Shown: positions 38,338 through 47,751 of the stretch, in pieces
Layout: every line of letters begins with the position of its first letter
How positions within the stretch are numbered: the stretch's first letter is position 1
Origin: Spirochaetia bacterium
Lineage (GTDB): Bacteria > Spirochaetota > Spirochaetia > SZUA-6 > Bin103
Direction of reading: 5' to 3'
DNA length: 64,000 nucleotides
Assembly: GCA_965203055.1 (NCBI GenBank)
Contig: OZ241863.1
Location: 4,320,001-4,384,000 of the forward strand
Program-made: the position numbers and the translations under genes
Notes under the pieces: model-generated
Databases searched by the model: none
Seen by the model: only the letters and a program-made list of their open reading frames with translations
What the model was told of the DNA's origin: nothing

Positions 38338-39369
38338 ATGGCCGACGATCACGCATCGGACCAACCGCAGTCCGCGGGACCGCAGCCGCCGATCAGCCAG
38401 CGGCACGACAAGTACTTCTACGGCGTGTTCTCCGACCCCGAGAACGCCGCCGGCTTGTTGCGCTCCTGCCTCCCCCAGGAACTCGCCGGCACGCTGCGGT
38501 GGTCTACTCTCACCCGCTTGCCCAGCCGCTTCGTCAGTGACGACTGGCGCGGCCGCGAGGCTGATCTGCTGTTCTCCGTCGAGCGCGAGGTCTCCGGCCC
38601 TCCGGTGGTCGTCTACGTGCTGCTCGAACATCAGTCCACCCCCGACCGCTGGATGCGGCTGCGATTGCTGAATTACTGCCTGATGTTCTGGATGCAATGG
38701 CACCGCGAGCACGAGCAGGAGCCGCAGTTGCCACTGATCGTGCCGTTGGTATTCTATCAGGGGGCGGAACCGTGGAGATTCTCGCGGCAGTTCGCGGAGT
38801 TGGTTGCCGGCGCGGAGCCCTACCGGGGTTGGGTGCCGCAGTTCGAGCATCTGCTGATCGACCAGACCGAACAGAACCCGGAGTCGGTAGCGGGGACGCT
38901 GGGCGCGCGGCTGGGGCAGCTCGCGTTGATGGCCGAGTTCCGCCACGCGGGCTGGAAGGGCTGGGGCGACTTGCTCAACCAGGCGTTACAGTTGATGGAG
39001 GAGCTGTATCCGGCCGCAGGGTTCGACGTGGTGGCGCTGCACGTGGAGTACTTGGTGCTGGCGCTGAAGACGAATGAGCAGCAGCAGGCGTTCGCGGAGG
39101 CGCTGCGGCGGACCGTGCCGGGCCAAGGAGGAGAGATAATGACCTACGTGCATCGAATGATTGACGAGGGCCGCCGGGAAGGTGAGCTGAAGGGCCGCCG
39201 GGAAGGCATCCGGGAAGGCGAACTGAGGGGTCAGTTGCAAACCATCCAGGGGTTCCTGGGACGCGATGTACCGTGGTCGACCATCGAGGCGGCAACCGGC
39301 ATCGACGAGGCTGCGTTCCGCCGCCTCAAGCAGCAGTTCGACGACAATGGTGCCGGCCACGCCGAGTAA
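38338..39369 (+). CDS. Rpn family (YhgA-like, Transposase_31) PD-(D/E)XK nuclease
   Basis: HDKYF, ADLLFSV, LLEHQS, PLVFYQG, C-terminal EGRREG repeats. Confidence 0.92.
   Translation: MADDHASDQPQSAGPQPPISQRHDKYFYGVFSDPENAAGLLRSCLPQELAGTLRWSTLTRLPSRFVSDDWRGREADLLFSVEREVSGPPVVVYVLLEHQSTPDRWMRLRLLNYCLMFWMQWHREHEQEPQLPLIVPLVFYQGAEPWRFSRQFAELVAGAEPYRGWVPQFEHLLIDQTEQNPESVAGTLGARLGQLALMAEFRHAGWKGWGDLLNQALQLMEELYPAAGFDVVALHVEYLVLALKTNEQQQAFAEALRRTVPGQGGEIMTYVHRMIDEGRREGELKGRREGIREGELRGQLQTIQGFLGRDVPWSTIEAATGIDEAAFRRLKQQFDDNGAGHAE
39139..39369 (+). CDS. Putative in-frame internally translated small Rpn C-terminal protein (RpnS-type antitoxin), 76 aa
   Basis: AAGGAGGAG at 39125-39133 ahead of in-frame ATG 39139, at the start of the EGRREG tail. 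Confidence 0.65.
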   Translation: MTYVHRMIDEGRREGELKGRREGIREGELRGQLQTIQGFLGRDVPWSTIEAATGIDEAAFRRLKQQFDDNGAGHAE

Positions 39370-39392
39370 GGTCCGCCAGGAACAGGTTCACT

Positions 39393-40643
39393 ACGGGCAA
39401 ACGAGAGTCTGATAACAATCCGGATAATGGAGGTTGGCCTTGGGCAGCGTTGGCTGATGTCGTCGATCTACGTCTCAGCAGCGTCGACAAGAAGGCCGTG
39501 GACGGCGAACGCTCGGTAAGGCTCTGCAACTACTCCGACGTATACAATCACAGCGTCATTCGTGCTGATATGGGCTATATGGAGGCGACAGCTACTGAAC
39601 GGGAGATACGGAATTGCCGATTGGAAGTCGGTGATGTAATCATCACGAAAGATTCGGAGACCCCTGATGATATCGGCGTGCCCGCGGTAGTAGGGGATGA
39701 AATACCGAACTTGGTGTGCGGATATCATCTTGCGATTCTTCGTCCCCTGAAAACCGATCTGGACGGACGATTTCTTCATTATGCCCTTAGCGAAGGCAAT
39801 GCCAAGCGGCAGTTTGGGATGTACGCCAACGGCATTACGCGATTCGGCTTACGTGCGGATGACATCAATCGTGTAAGGATTCCGCTTCCTCCAGTCCTCG
39901 AGCAGCGCAAGATTGCGGCGATTCTTTCCTCGGTGGATGATGCTATCGAGAAGACCGTGGCGGTCATCGAACAGGTGCGGATCGTCAAGCGTGGCCTGAT
40001 GCAGGAGCTGTTCACACGAGGAGTGCCGGCGCCGGATAGCCCCGAAGGCTGGATGCCCGCGGCGTTTGGGGATGTGGCCGCGGTCGTCGGGGGAGGGACC
40101 CCGAAACGAAGTGAGCCAACCTTTTGGGACGGCAACCTGCCGTGGGCCACGCCCACCGACGTGACCGGACTCACAGGACGGATCATAGCGCAGACGGCCT
40201 CGTCGATCACCGAGGCGGGGCTGGTCAGCTCCTCCGCGACGCTTCTGCCTCCCAATTCGCTGTTGATGACGACGCGAGCGACCATCGGAGCATGCGCTGT
40301 CAATCGGGTCGCGATGGCAACGAATCAAGGGTTCCAGAGTCTTGTGCCCAAGCCGGGGACGTGTGTGGACTTTCTCTACTATCTGGTGCAGTATCACGTC
40401 CGGGGACTGGAGCAATTGGCGGCCGGCAGCACGTTCCTGGAATTGTCGAAGCGAACGGTTCGCGGCTTTCGAGTTCTTATGCCGCCTCTTTCCGAGCAGC
40501 GCAAGATTGCCGCGTTCCTTTCTTCGGTGGACGAAATCATCGAGAAGAACCAGGCGGTCATGGACAGGCTGCAGGTTGTCAAGAGTGGCTTGATGCCGGC
40601 CCTCTTGACCGGCGAACTCCGCGTGACGCCGGAGAGGGGATAG
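39393..40643 (+). CDS. hsdS: Type I restriction-modification specificity subunit (orphan); start uncertain
   Basis: Two TRDs, each followed by PP.xEQRKIAAxLSSVD; GGGTP, TNQGF, LLTGELRV. No ATG at the expected position (ACG at 39393; TTG at 39450). Confidence 0.85.
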   Translation, partial: TGKRESDNNPDNGGWPWAALADVVDLRLSSVDKKAVDGERSVRLCNYSDVYNHSVIRADMGYMEATATEREIRNCRLEVGDVIITKDSETPDDIGVPAVVGDEIPNLVCGYHLAILRPLKTDLDGRFLHYALSEGNAKRQFGMYANGITRFGLRADDINRVRIPLPPVLEQRKIAAILSSVDDAIEKTVAVIEQVRIVKRGLMQELFTRGVPAPDSPEGWMPAAFGDVAAVVGGGTPKRSEPTFWDGNLPWATPTDVTGLTGRIIAQTASSITEAGLVSSSATLLPPNSLLMTTRATIGACAVNRVAMATNQGFQSLVPKPGTCVDFLYYLVQYHVRGLEQLAAGSTFLELSKRTVRGFRVLMPPLSEQRKIAAFLSSVDEIIEKNQAVMDRLQVVKSGLMPALLTGELRVTPERG

Positions 40644-40648
40644 CGGAA

Positions 40649-41704
40649 GTGCGGCGACCGGTTCGGTTGGGTTTGATTGGCTGCGGCGGCATCGTGCGGC
40701 TCAGCCACGCGCCGGGGTACCGGGCGATTCCGGAGTTGGTGCGGGTGGCTGCGCTGGCCGATCCGGTGAGCGGCAACCTGGAGCAGGTGGGGGAGCTGCT
40801 GGCGGTGCCGCCGCAGCGGCGCTACGCCGACTACCGGGAGATGCTGGAGCAGGCCGAGCTGGATGCCGTCACCATCGCGACCCCGCACCACGTGCATGCC
40901 GAGCAGGCGATGACCGCCGCGGCCGCGGGCGCCGCGGTGATCTCGGAAAAGCCGATGGCTACCTCGGTCGAGCAGGCTGAGGAGGTGCTGGCGGCCGTGC
41001 GGCGGTACGGCGTGCCCTACGCGGTGGTGCACAACTTCCTGTTCACGCCGGGCATGGAACGGGCGCGGGCGCTGCTGGCCGGAGGCGCCGTTGGCGAGCC
41101 GTTCTTCGGGCGCGCCAAGTCGCTGTTCAACAAGACCGACGACCAGGCCGACCCGGCCACGGTGTGGCGCGCGTCGCAGGCCGCGGGCGGCGGCGCCATC
41201 AACGACACCGCCTACCACGAGATCTACCTGCTGGAGACGCTGGTGGGCTCCCCGGTGCGCTACGTCGAAGCGCGCGTGGCGACGCAGCACTTCGCCTTCG
41301 ACGTGGACGACCTGGCGCTGCTGCTGCTGGAGCATGCCAACGGCGCGCTGTCCACGGTGGCCACCTCCTGGTGCGTGCCCGGCGGCGGCGCCGGCGAGAG
41401 CGCCAACCTGGCGGAGGCGCACGGCGCGGCCGGCGGGGTGCGCGTCATGCGCCGCGGGCGCGGGCTGTGGCACTATGCGCGCGGCGCGCGGCAGTGGCAG
41501 GAGGCGGCGCTGCCGCCGCAGCCGGCCTGGGCCGAGAGCGGCCACGGGCGCTACTTCGCCGCCACCTTCGCGGCCCTGGCCAACGGCGCGCCGCCGCCGG
41601 TCGGCGGTGAGCCGGCCCTGCGCAACCTGCGCATTGTCGCCGCGGCGCGCCGCGCCGCCGCCGAACGGCGCGCCGTGGAGTTGCCGGCGCCGCCCGCCGA
41701 GTGA
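40649..41704 (+). CDS. Gfo/Idh/MocA family oxidoreductase
   Basis: LIGCGGI, IATPHHVH, SEKPMA, GGGAINDTAYH. Confidence 0.9.
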   Translation: MRRPVRLGLIGCGGIVRLSHAPGYRAIPELVRVAALADPVSGNLEQVGELLAVPPQRRYADYREMLEQAELDAVTIATPHHVHAEQAMTAAAAGAAVISEKPMATSVEQAEEVLAAVRRYGVPYAVVHNFLFTPGMERARALLAGGAVGEPFFGRAKSLFNKTDDQADPATVWRASQAAGGGAINDTAYHEIYLLETLVGSPVRYVEARVATQHFAFDVDDLALLLLEHANGALSTVATSWCVPGGGAGESANLAEAHGAAGGVRVMRRGRGLWHYARGARQWQEAALPPQPAWAESGHGRYFAATFAALANGAPPPVGGEPALRNLRIVAAARRAAAERRAVELPAPPAE

Positions 41705-41739
41705 CTTGGCGCGTGCAGCGACGACGAGGAGGAACGACG

Positions 41740-42579
41740 ATGCGACCCTACGTCGACTGTCACAACCATATCGGACGCACCCTGAACCGGCTGCCGCCCA
41801 CCGGCCAGAGCACCGCCATGTGCCTGGCGCGCTTCGCCGAGACCAACGTCTACGCCAGCCTGTCGATGCCGACCGCCACCGGCGGCCTGATCCTGCGCGG
41901 GCTGGAAGACATCCGCGACCAGAACCGGGTGATTGCCCGCGCCCGCCGCGACTTTCCGCAGCAGGTGCCGCTGGGCTTGGCGCTGGTCGAGCCGTGCCTG
42001 GGGCCGGCGGCGGTGGATGAGGCGGAGTGGGCGCTGAGCGAGCTGGGCCTGCACGGCATCGTCTCCCATCCGCCGGTGCGCGAGGCGTGCATCCCGTTCG
42101 TGGAGATGGCCGCGGCGCGCGGCGGCCTGTGCAACGTGCACCAGCACGACGCGCTGTTCGGCGAGATCGCGCGCATGTTCCCCGGCGCCACCTTCATCAC
42201 TCACGCCAGCAGCTACGCCGCCGAGCACTTCGCCGGCCTGGATAACGTCTGGTTCGAGGTGGTGCAGTATCCTGACGAGCGCGGCAGCCGCTGGGACTTC
42301 GCCCGGCTGGCGGACAAGGTGGGCCGCGAGCGCATTCTGTTCGGCGCCGACCTGCCCTACTACGACTACCGCCTGCTGCAGCGGATCATCGAGCAGGCCC
42401 CCGTGGACGACGACCTCAAGGACCGCATTGCCTACCGCAACATGGTGGAGCTGATCCGCCGGTACAACCCGGAGTGGCAGCTCCCGGACGCCCCGCCGCA
42501 GGCGCCGCGCGTCTATGGCGCCGGCGAGCTGTGGGCCGCGGACCCGGACAAGCCGGACCGCCTGACCGTGTACGGCTAG
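41740..42579 (+). CDS. Amidohydrolase family protein (Amidohydro_2-like)
   Basis: DCHNH, HP, H..H, ILFGADLP; GAGGAGG RBS. Confidence 0.8.
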   Translation: MRPYVDCHNHIGRTLNRLPPTGQSTAMCLARFAETNVYASLSMPTATGGLILRGLEDIRDQNRVIARARRDFPQQVPLGLALVEPCLGPAAVDEAEWALSELGLHGIVSHPPVREACIPFVEMAAARGGLCNVHQHDALFGEIARMFPGATFITHASSYAAEHFAGLDNVWFEVVQYPDERGSRWDFARLADKVGRERILFGADLPYYDYRLLQRIIEQAPVDDDLKDRIAYRNMVELIRRYNPEWQLPDAPPQAPRVYGAGELWAADPDKPDRLTVYG

Positions 42580-42650
42580 CGCGCCGCTGACGGCGCTGGC
42601 GCCGCGCCGTTTGACCGCGGCGGCCGCCGCCACTAAGGTGGGGCCGCCTG

Positions 42651-43895
42651 ATGCTGGGCGAGTTGCTGCACGATCCGATCGCGGCGATCAACGGCCATCC
42701 GCTGCTGAGCCTCGGCGTACTGATCCTCGCCGGCTATCTCCTGGGGCGCCTCTGCCAGGCGTTGCGGCTGCCCACCATCACCGGCTACATCGTCGCCGGG
42801 TTGTTGCTCAGCCACTCGGTGAGCGGCATCATCGACCGCGGTACGGTCGTGTCGCTGGGTCCGTTCACCGAGGTCGCGCTGGGCTTCATCGCGCTCACCA
42901 TCGGCGGCGAGTTCCAGCTCGCCAAGCTGCGCCGGACCGGCAGCAAGATCCTCATCATCACCCTGTTCGAAGCGGTGCTGGCCGCGCTGGTGGTGGCGCT
43001 GGCGCTGGGCCTGCTGCTGCCGTTCAGCTATGCGCTGCTGCTGGGCGCCATCGCGGCCGCCACGGCGCCGGCCGCCACCGTGGTGATCGTCCGCGAGCTG
43101 CGCGCCCGCGGCGAGTTCATCGACTACCTGTTCGGGGTGGTCGCCTTCGACGACGCGGTGAGCGTACTCCTGTTCTCCATCGGCTTCGCCGCGGTCACGC
43201 CGCTCCTGGCCGGCGCCGGCGGAAGCGGCCCGCAGGTGCTGGCTGCGCTTGGCGGCGGGCTGGCCGAAATCGGGCTGTCGGCGGTGTCCGGGGCGCTGGC
43301 GGCGCTGGCAATGCACGCGGCCGCCGGCGGCCGCAAGCGCGCCGGCGAGGTGCTGCTGATCACCCTCGGCGTCCTGTTCCTGACCACGGCGCTGGTCACC
43401 GCGCTGGGGCTGTCGGCGCTCATCGCCAACATGGTTGCCGGCTTCCTGCTGGTCAACCTGGCCCCCCGCAACCGCCGCATCTTCGCCTCGTTCGAGCCGC
43501 TCACGCCGCCGGTCTTCGCGCTGTTCTTCATTCTGGCGGGCGCCGAACTGGATCTCGGCGTGTTCAGCCGGGGACTGGTGGTACTCCTGGGGGTGGTCTA
43601 TCTGGCGGCCCGCTTCGGCGGCAAGGCGGCGGGAGTGACGCTGGGCGCGCTGCTGGTGCGCGCGCCGGCCGCGGTGCGCCGCTACCTGAGCTTTTGCCTG
43701 TTTCCGCAGGCCGGGGTGGCGATCGGGCTGGCGCTGGTGGTGCAGAGTTCGCCGTTGTTCAGCGCCGCGCCGGAGGCGGTGCGGGAGATGTTGCGGATGC
43801 TCGTCAACGTGGTGCTGTTCAGCGTCTTCGTGAACGAACTGATCGGGCCGCTCATCTCGCGCTATGGGATCCTGCGCGGCGCCAGGCGCGGGTAG
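42651..43895 (+). CDS. Cation:proton antiporter (Na+/K+/H+ exchanger family)
   Basis: LPTITGYIVAG, ATAPAAT, AFDD, FFILAG, PQAGVAIG; many TM helices. Confidence 0.88.
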   Translation: MLGELLHDPIAAINGHPLLSLGVLILAGYLLGRLCQALRLPTITGYIVAGLLLSHSVSGIIDRGTVVSLGPFTEVALGFIALTIGGEFQLAKLRRTGSKILIITLFEAVLAALVVALALGLLLPFSYALLLGAIAAATAPAATVVIVRELRARGEFIDYLFGVVAFDDAVSVLLFSIGFAAVTPLLAGAGGSGPQVLAALGGGLAEIGLSAVSGALAALAMHAAAGGRKRAGEVLLITLGVLFLTTALVTALGLSALIANMVAGFLLVNLAPRNRRIFASFEPLTPPVFALFFILAGAELDLGVFSRGLVVLLGVVYLAARFGGKAAGVTLGALLVRAPAAVRRYLSFCLFPQAGVAIGLALVVQSSPLFSAAPEAVREMLRMLVNVVLFSVFVNELIGPLISRYGILRGARRG

Positions 43896-43923
43896 CGGCA
43901 TGAAACGGACGGAGGGGGAGCCG

Positions 43924-44745
43924 ATGGAACTTGCCGGAATACTGGATCAACGGCGCTGCACGGTGGCGCTGCAGGCGAAGACCAAGCAGGAGTGTCTGGA
44001 AGAGTTGGCCGCGCTGATGGCGGCCACCGATCTCGGGGTGCCGCGGGACGCGCTGCTGGCCGCGCTGCACGAGCGCGAGGCGCTCGGATCGACGGGTTTC
44101 GAGCACGGCGTCGCCATTCCGCATGCGCGGCTGCCCGGCCAGGTGCCGTTCGCCCTGGGTGTGGCGGTGTCGCCGGGCGGCGTGGACTACGCCAGCTCGG
44201 ACGGCTTGCGCAGCACGCTGTTCTTCGTGCTGGTGGGCCCGGAAGAATCATCCACCGAGTATCTGCGCTACCTGGCGCACATCTCCCGGGTCGGGCTCAA
44301 CCGGACCGCGCGGGACGAGATCAGCGCGGCGCCCACGCCCGCCGCGCTGCACGCCGCGGTGAGCGCGCATCTGACGCCGGTGACTCCCGCCGCGGCGGGC
44401 GCCGGCAGCGGGCGGAAGCTGCTGATCATCGTGCTGTACGAGCTGCGCTTCCTGGACGAGGTGGTGACCCTGTTCCTGGAGCGCGGCATCCAGGGGGCGA
44501 CCATCACCGAGTCCACGGGGGTAAAGAACGTCCTGTCCAACGTGCCGCTGTTCAGTGACTTCCTCAACTTCCTCGGCGACCGCCACGAGGCCAGCCGCAC
44601 CATCATGGCGGTGGTGCAGGCGCGCGAGGTGCACCCGCTGGTGGTCGATCTGGAACAGATCATCGGCGATCTGGACACCCACCGCGGCGCGGCGGTGCTG
44701 GCCGTCGACCTGTGGTACAGCAAGGGCTCGCTGGAAGCAGGCTGA
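43924..44745 (+). CDS. PTS EIIA (Ntr/Fru-type) domain fused to a PII-like C-terminal domain
   Basis: EREALGSTGFEHGVAIPHAR phospho-His motif; C-terminal KLLIIVL..GIQGATITESTG..RTIMAVV. Confidence 0.75.
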   Translation: MELAGILDQRRCTVALQAKTKQECLEELAALMAATDLGVPRDALLAALHEREALGSTGFEHGVAIPHARLPGQVPFALGVAVSPGGVDYASSDGLRSTLFFVLVGPEESSTEYLRYLAHISRVGLNRTARDEISAAPTPAALHAAVSAHLTPVTPAAAGAGSGRKLLIIVLYELRFLDEVVTLFLERGIQGATITESTGVKNVLSNVPLFSDFLNFLGDRHEASRTIMAVVQAREVHPLVVDLEQIIGDLDTHRGAAVLAVDLWYSKGSLEAG

Positions 44746-44875
44746 CGCGGCGCCCGCCGCGCGCGGTCCCGCTCGGGGCTGCGCTGCCGCGAAACCGGAC
44801 CGTTGCGCGCGAGCGGTTGCCCGTGCCCGGCGGGTCGATTTTGTTCGCTCGTCGGACTAAGATGAGGCGGTCACC

Positions 44876-46318
44876 ATGGCGACGGAAATCGTAATGCCGC
44901 GGCAGGGGCAGTCGGTGGAGGCGTGCACCATCGTGCGCTGGCTCAAGCAGCCCGGCGAGAACGTCGGAACCGGCGACGTGCTGTGCGAGATAGAGACCGA
45001 CAAGGCCGCCTTCGAGGTGGAGTCCACTGCCGCCGGCACCCTGCTGGCCCAGTTCGTCCCGGAGGGGGAGGAGGTGCCGGTGCTTACCCCCATCGCTGTC
45101 GTGGGCGAGCCCGGTGAGGACGTGCCCGCGCCGGCCGCGGCCGGCGCGGGCGGCGGCGCCTTGCCGCCCGCAGGCGCGGGCCGGCCGCCGGCAGCGCATC
45201 CCGCGGCGGCGCCGGAGCCGGTGGCCGCCGCGCTTCCCGGCCAGGCGGCCGCCGTTCCCGCGCCCGCCGCCGCCGATTCGGCGCCGGCGCGCCGCGGCGG
45301 CCCGGCCAGCTCGCCGCGCGCCCGCCGGCGGGCCGGGGAGCTGGGCGTTGACTACACCGCCCTGAGCGGCAGCGGGCCGGGCGGGCGCATCATCGAGCGC
45401 GACGTGGTCGCCGCGGCCGCGGCGCGCCCGGCGCTCACCGCGGCCGCCCGCGCGGCTGCGGCCGGCGGCAGCCCGGTTCCCGCGGCCGGTAGCGGCATCG
45501 GCGGTCGCGTTACCCTGGCGGACATGGAAGCGGCGGCTGCCCCGCAGGCGGAAGCCGCGGCGGCGGCCGCGGCCCCGGCCGCCGCCGCGCAGCAGGTGAC
45601 GACCGTCCCGGTCACCGGCGTGCGCAAGCTGATCAGCGAGCGCATGCGGCAATCGCTGCTCGACAGCGCCCAGCTCACCATGCACGCCAGCGCGGATGCG
45701 GAAGCGCTGGTGGCGTACCGCGCCCGCCTCAAGAACAGCGCGGAACACCTCCAGCTCCGGCACGTGACGATCAACGACCTCATCCTGTTCGCCGCGGCGC
45801 GCACCCTGCCGCAGTTTCCGGAGCTCAACGCGGTGGTGCGCAGCGACGGCGCCGGCGATCACGTAGAGCGGCATCGCGCCGTGCGCCTGGCGTTCGCGGT
45901 CGATACCGAGCGCGGCCTGATGGTGCCGGTCATCGCCGCGGCCGAGCGCCTCTCCATTGCCGCGCTTGCCGGCCGCGCCCACGAGCTGGCGGCGGCGGCC
46001 CAGGCCGGCTCCATCAGTCCCGACCTGCTGCAGGGCGGCACCTTTACCGTGACCAACCTCGGAGCCCTCGGCGTGGAGAGCTTCACGCCGATCCTCAATC
46101 TGCCGCAGGTGGCGATTCTGGGGGTGGGAGCGCTGGTGCTGAAGCCGGCGGCGGCCGATCTGGCTCAGCCCGGCGCGCTGCGGCAGGTCAGCTACCGGCG
46201 TCACCTCGGCCTGTCGCTGACCATCGATCACCGGATGGTGGACGGCGCCCCGGCGGCCCGCTTCCTGCAGGCATTGGCGGCAGCCATCGCCGACCTCGAC
46301 CTGCTCGCGGCGCGGTAG
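44876..46318 (+). CDS. 2-oxoacid dehydrogenase E2 (dihydrolipoamide acyltransferase)
   Basis: Lipoyl ETDKA, SPRARR..GSGPGGRI binding domain, GGTFTVTNLG, DHRMVDG. Confidence 0.93.
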   Translation: MATEIVMPRQGQSVEACTIVRWLKQPGENVGTGDVLCEIETDKAAFEVESTAAGTLLAQFVPEGEEVPVLTPIAVVGEPGEDVPAPAAAGAGGGALPPAGAGRPPAAHPAAAPEPVAAALPGQAAAVPAPAAADSAPARRGGPASSPRARRRAGELGVDYTALSGSGPGGRIIERDVVAAAAARPALTAAARAAAAGGSPVPAAGSGIGGRVTLADMEAAAAPQAEAAAAAAAPAAAAQQVTTVPVTGVRKLISERMRQSLLDSAQLTMHASADAEALVAYRARLKNSAEHLQLRHVTINDLILFAAARTLPQFPELNAVVRSDGAGDHVERHRAVRLAFAVDTERGLMVPVIAAAERLSIAALAGRAHELAAAAQAGSISPDLLQGGTFTVTNLGALGVESFTPILNLPQVAILGVGALVLKPAAADLAQPGALRQVSYRRHLGLSLTIDHRMVDGAPAARFLQALAAAIADLDLLAAR

Positions 46319-46372
46319 TGGCGCAACCACGGATGCGGCGCGCGCGGCGGTGCGGATGACGGAACGGCGGCG

Positions 46373-47749
46373 ATGAGTGACTTCGACGTGGCGGTGGTGG
46401 GCGGCGGCCCCGGCGGCTACGTGGCCGCGGAACGGGCCGCGGCGCGCGGCCTGCGCACGGCGCTGGTGGAACGCGAACATCTCGGCGGGGTGTGTCTCAA
46501 CTCCGGCTGCATCCCCACCAAGACCCTGATCCACTCGGCCAAGCTGTTGCAGCAGGCGCGCCACGGCGCCGCCTACGGCGTTACGGTGGAGGGCGCCCGC
46601 TACGACCTGAGCGCCGCCATGGCGTGGAAGGAGGCGGTCACCGCGCGCCTGCGTTCCGGGGTGGCGGCGCAGATGGAGCGCCGCGGGGTCACCGTGGAAG
46701 CCGGCAGCGCGCGCCTGACCGGCCGCGGCCGGTTGACGGTGGACGGCCGCGAGCTGGGCGCCCGCCACGTCATCATCGCGACCGGATCGCGCAGCGCCCG
46801 CCCTCCCATCCCCGGCGCCGGCCTTCCGCACGTGGTGGACAGCGCCGGCGCGCTGCAGTTGGAGCACCTGCCGGCGCGCGTGGTGATCGTCGGCGGCGGC
46901 TACATCGGGATGGAGTTTGCCAGCTATTTCCACGCGGTCGGCGCCGAGGTGGTGGTGGTGGAGCTGCTGGAGGAGATTCTGGCGGGCGTGGACGGCGACT
47001 TGGTGCGCCAACTCAAGAGCGCGCTGCCGGGGGTCGCCTGGCATCCGGGGTCGCGGGTGACCGCGATCAACGCCTCCGGGGTGACGGTCGAGACGCCGGC
47101 CGGTGAGCGGGAGGAGGCCGCCGACCTAGTGCTGCTGGCCACCGGCCGCGTCCCCAACACGGCCGGGTTGGGGCTGGAGGCGGTTGGCGCGCTGTTCAAC
47201 CGCCGCGGCATCACGGTGGACCAGTTCATGCGCACCAACGTGGCCGGCCTCTACGCCGTCGGCGACGTGACCGGCCGCTCGCTGCTCGCGCACGCCGCCT
47301 CGCGCATGGGCGAGGTCGCGGCGGACGTCATTGCCGGGGGGCGTCCGGGCAGCAACCGGATGCGCTATCACGCCGTGCCGTGGGTGGTGTACACCTTGCC
47401 CGAGATCGCCGGCGTCGGCCTGTCGGAACAGGCCGCGCGCGCCGCCGGCCGCCGCGTCAAGGCGGCCCGCCTGCCGCTGGCCGCCAACGGCCGCTTCCTG
47501 GCCGAGCACCTGGCGCCGGCCGGCCGCGGGCAGCCGACTCCACGCGGCCTGGTCAAGGTGATCGTGGACGCCGACAGCCACGTGCTGCTCGGCGCGCACA
47601 TGATCGGCACCCCTGCTTCCGAGATCATCTTCGGCGCCGCCGCCATGATCGAGGCCGAGTTGCGGGTAGAGGAGCTGCGCGAAATCGTGTTCCCCCACCC
47701 CACCGTATCGGAGGCCCTGCGCGACGTACTCTGGGAGGTGGATCTGTAG
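46373..47749 (+). CDS. lpdA: Dihydrolipoyl dehydrogenase (E3)
   Basis: [31 protein letters not shown]. Confidence 0.95.
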   Translation: MSDFDVAVVGGGPGGYVAAERAAARGLRTALVEREHLGGVCLNSGCIPTKTLIHSAKLLQQARHGAAYGVTVEGARYDLSAAMAWKEAVTARLRSGVAAQMERRGVTVEAGSARLTGRGRLTVDGRELGARHVIIATGSRSARPPIPGAGLPHVVDSAGALQLEHLPARVVIVGGGYIGMEFASYFHAVGAEVVVVELLEEILAGVDGDLVRQLKSALPGVAWHPGSRVTAINASGVTVETPAGEREEAADLVLLATGRVPNTAGLGLEAVGALFNRRGITVDQFMRTNVAGLYAVGDVTGRSLLAHAASRMGEVAADVIAGGRPGSNRMRYHAVPWVVYTLPEIAGVGLSEQAARAAGRRVKAARLPLAANGRFLAEHLAPAGRGQPTPRGLVKVIVDADSHVLLGAHMIGTPASEIIFGAAAMIEAELRVEELREIVFPHPTVSEALRDVLWEVDL

Positions 47750-47751
47750 CG

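Noticed and set aside
39166..39220. Short tandem GGCCGCCGGGAAGG repeats considered as a mini-CRISPR or VNTR
   Set aside because: They encode the EGRREG peptide repeat of the Rpn tail; no spacers and no cas genes.
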